A stretch of 64,000 nt of DNA, taken from contig NIVC01001451.1 in assembly GCA_002269645.1 (NCBI GenBank), positions 186,001 to 250,000 of the forward strand, given 5' to 3'. The notes under the pieces are model-generated. The model had not been told where the DNA came from and made no database searches. It worked only from the letters and a program-made list of their open reading frames with translations. Positions 63,581-64,000 of this stretch are shown here, piece after piece. Numbering within the stretch: the first letter of the stretch is position 1; the number at the start of each line of letters is the position of its first letter. Both the position numbers and the translations under genes were made by a program. Origin of the DNA: Macrostomum lignano. Lineage: Eukaryota.

Positions 63581-64000
63581 CTGCGGAGGGGGTCACACGA
63601 TCGGTGTTACATGTGCACAATCAACAAGAATGATTAATTACAAATAGGATTATACACTCACTCTCCGCCTCCAATCTCTTTATTAGGTTATCAATAAAGA
63701 CATTCTGAGGTGCTACGTGGCCTCGACGTACAGGCATTACGGATATCCGGGTTGGACGGGGGCTAAACTGGGAAAGTGTATTTTTGGCGCAGTAGTGCTG
63801 CGCTGAAATTTCCAGTTTTTATCCAATCCAAATTTATGCAGAGTGGGCTGGCGTTGCCAATAAGCTGTGATGATGCTGGCCACTATGAAACTATCTGGGG
63901 AACTGTTTGTCTCTGTCTGTTCTTGCCGCGCCAGAGACGATAGAGGGATCCACAGGGTCCTCTACACAGGGACACGGAAGCGGGCCTGCATTTCTAATTT

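Overview
Repeat-rich animal genomic DNA. The GC-rich exons with Q/A tracts, a private minisatellite in almost every intron and a two-alpha-crystallin-domain sHSP suggest a free-living flatworm such as Macrostomum (inference, not verified). Seven genes were supported by reading splice sites by eye: a FIS1 5' exon (-), a serine palmitoyltransferase small subunit (+), an unknown 496-aa ORF with a 14-aa repeat (+), a VASt-TM-coiled-coil GRAMD1/Aster-like gene with no visible GRAM domain (+), a double-ACD small heat-shock protein (-), the ParaHox gene Gsx (+) and a multi-exon ERG/KCNH2-type K+ channel (-, first exon outside the window). Mobile DNA includes a decayed mariner with 41-bp TIRs that carries a nested palindromic MITE, several hAT-type MITEs with 8-bp TSDs and two tRNA-derived SINE copies. 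About 25 distinct tandem arrays (3-300 bp units) occupy roughly 40% of the window. The most notable observations are: (1) the two SINEs share a ~80-bp core hairpin with a compensatory base change; (2) a 5-kb 45-bp satellite appears to have grown from the A-box head of one SINE; (3) one channel intron is ~98% (UAG)n; (4) CpG decay differs between copies of one MITE family across the window; (5) three co-oriented genes each have a splice acceptor just before the ATG, as expected for a trans-spliced operon. All alignments and counts are manual and approximate.
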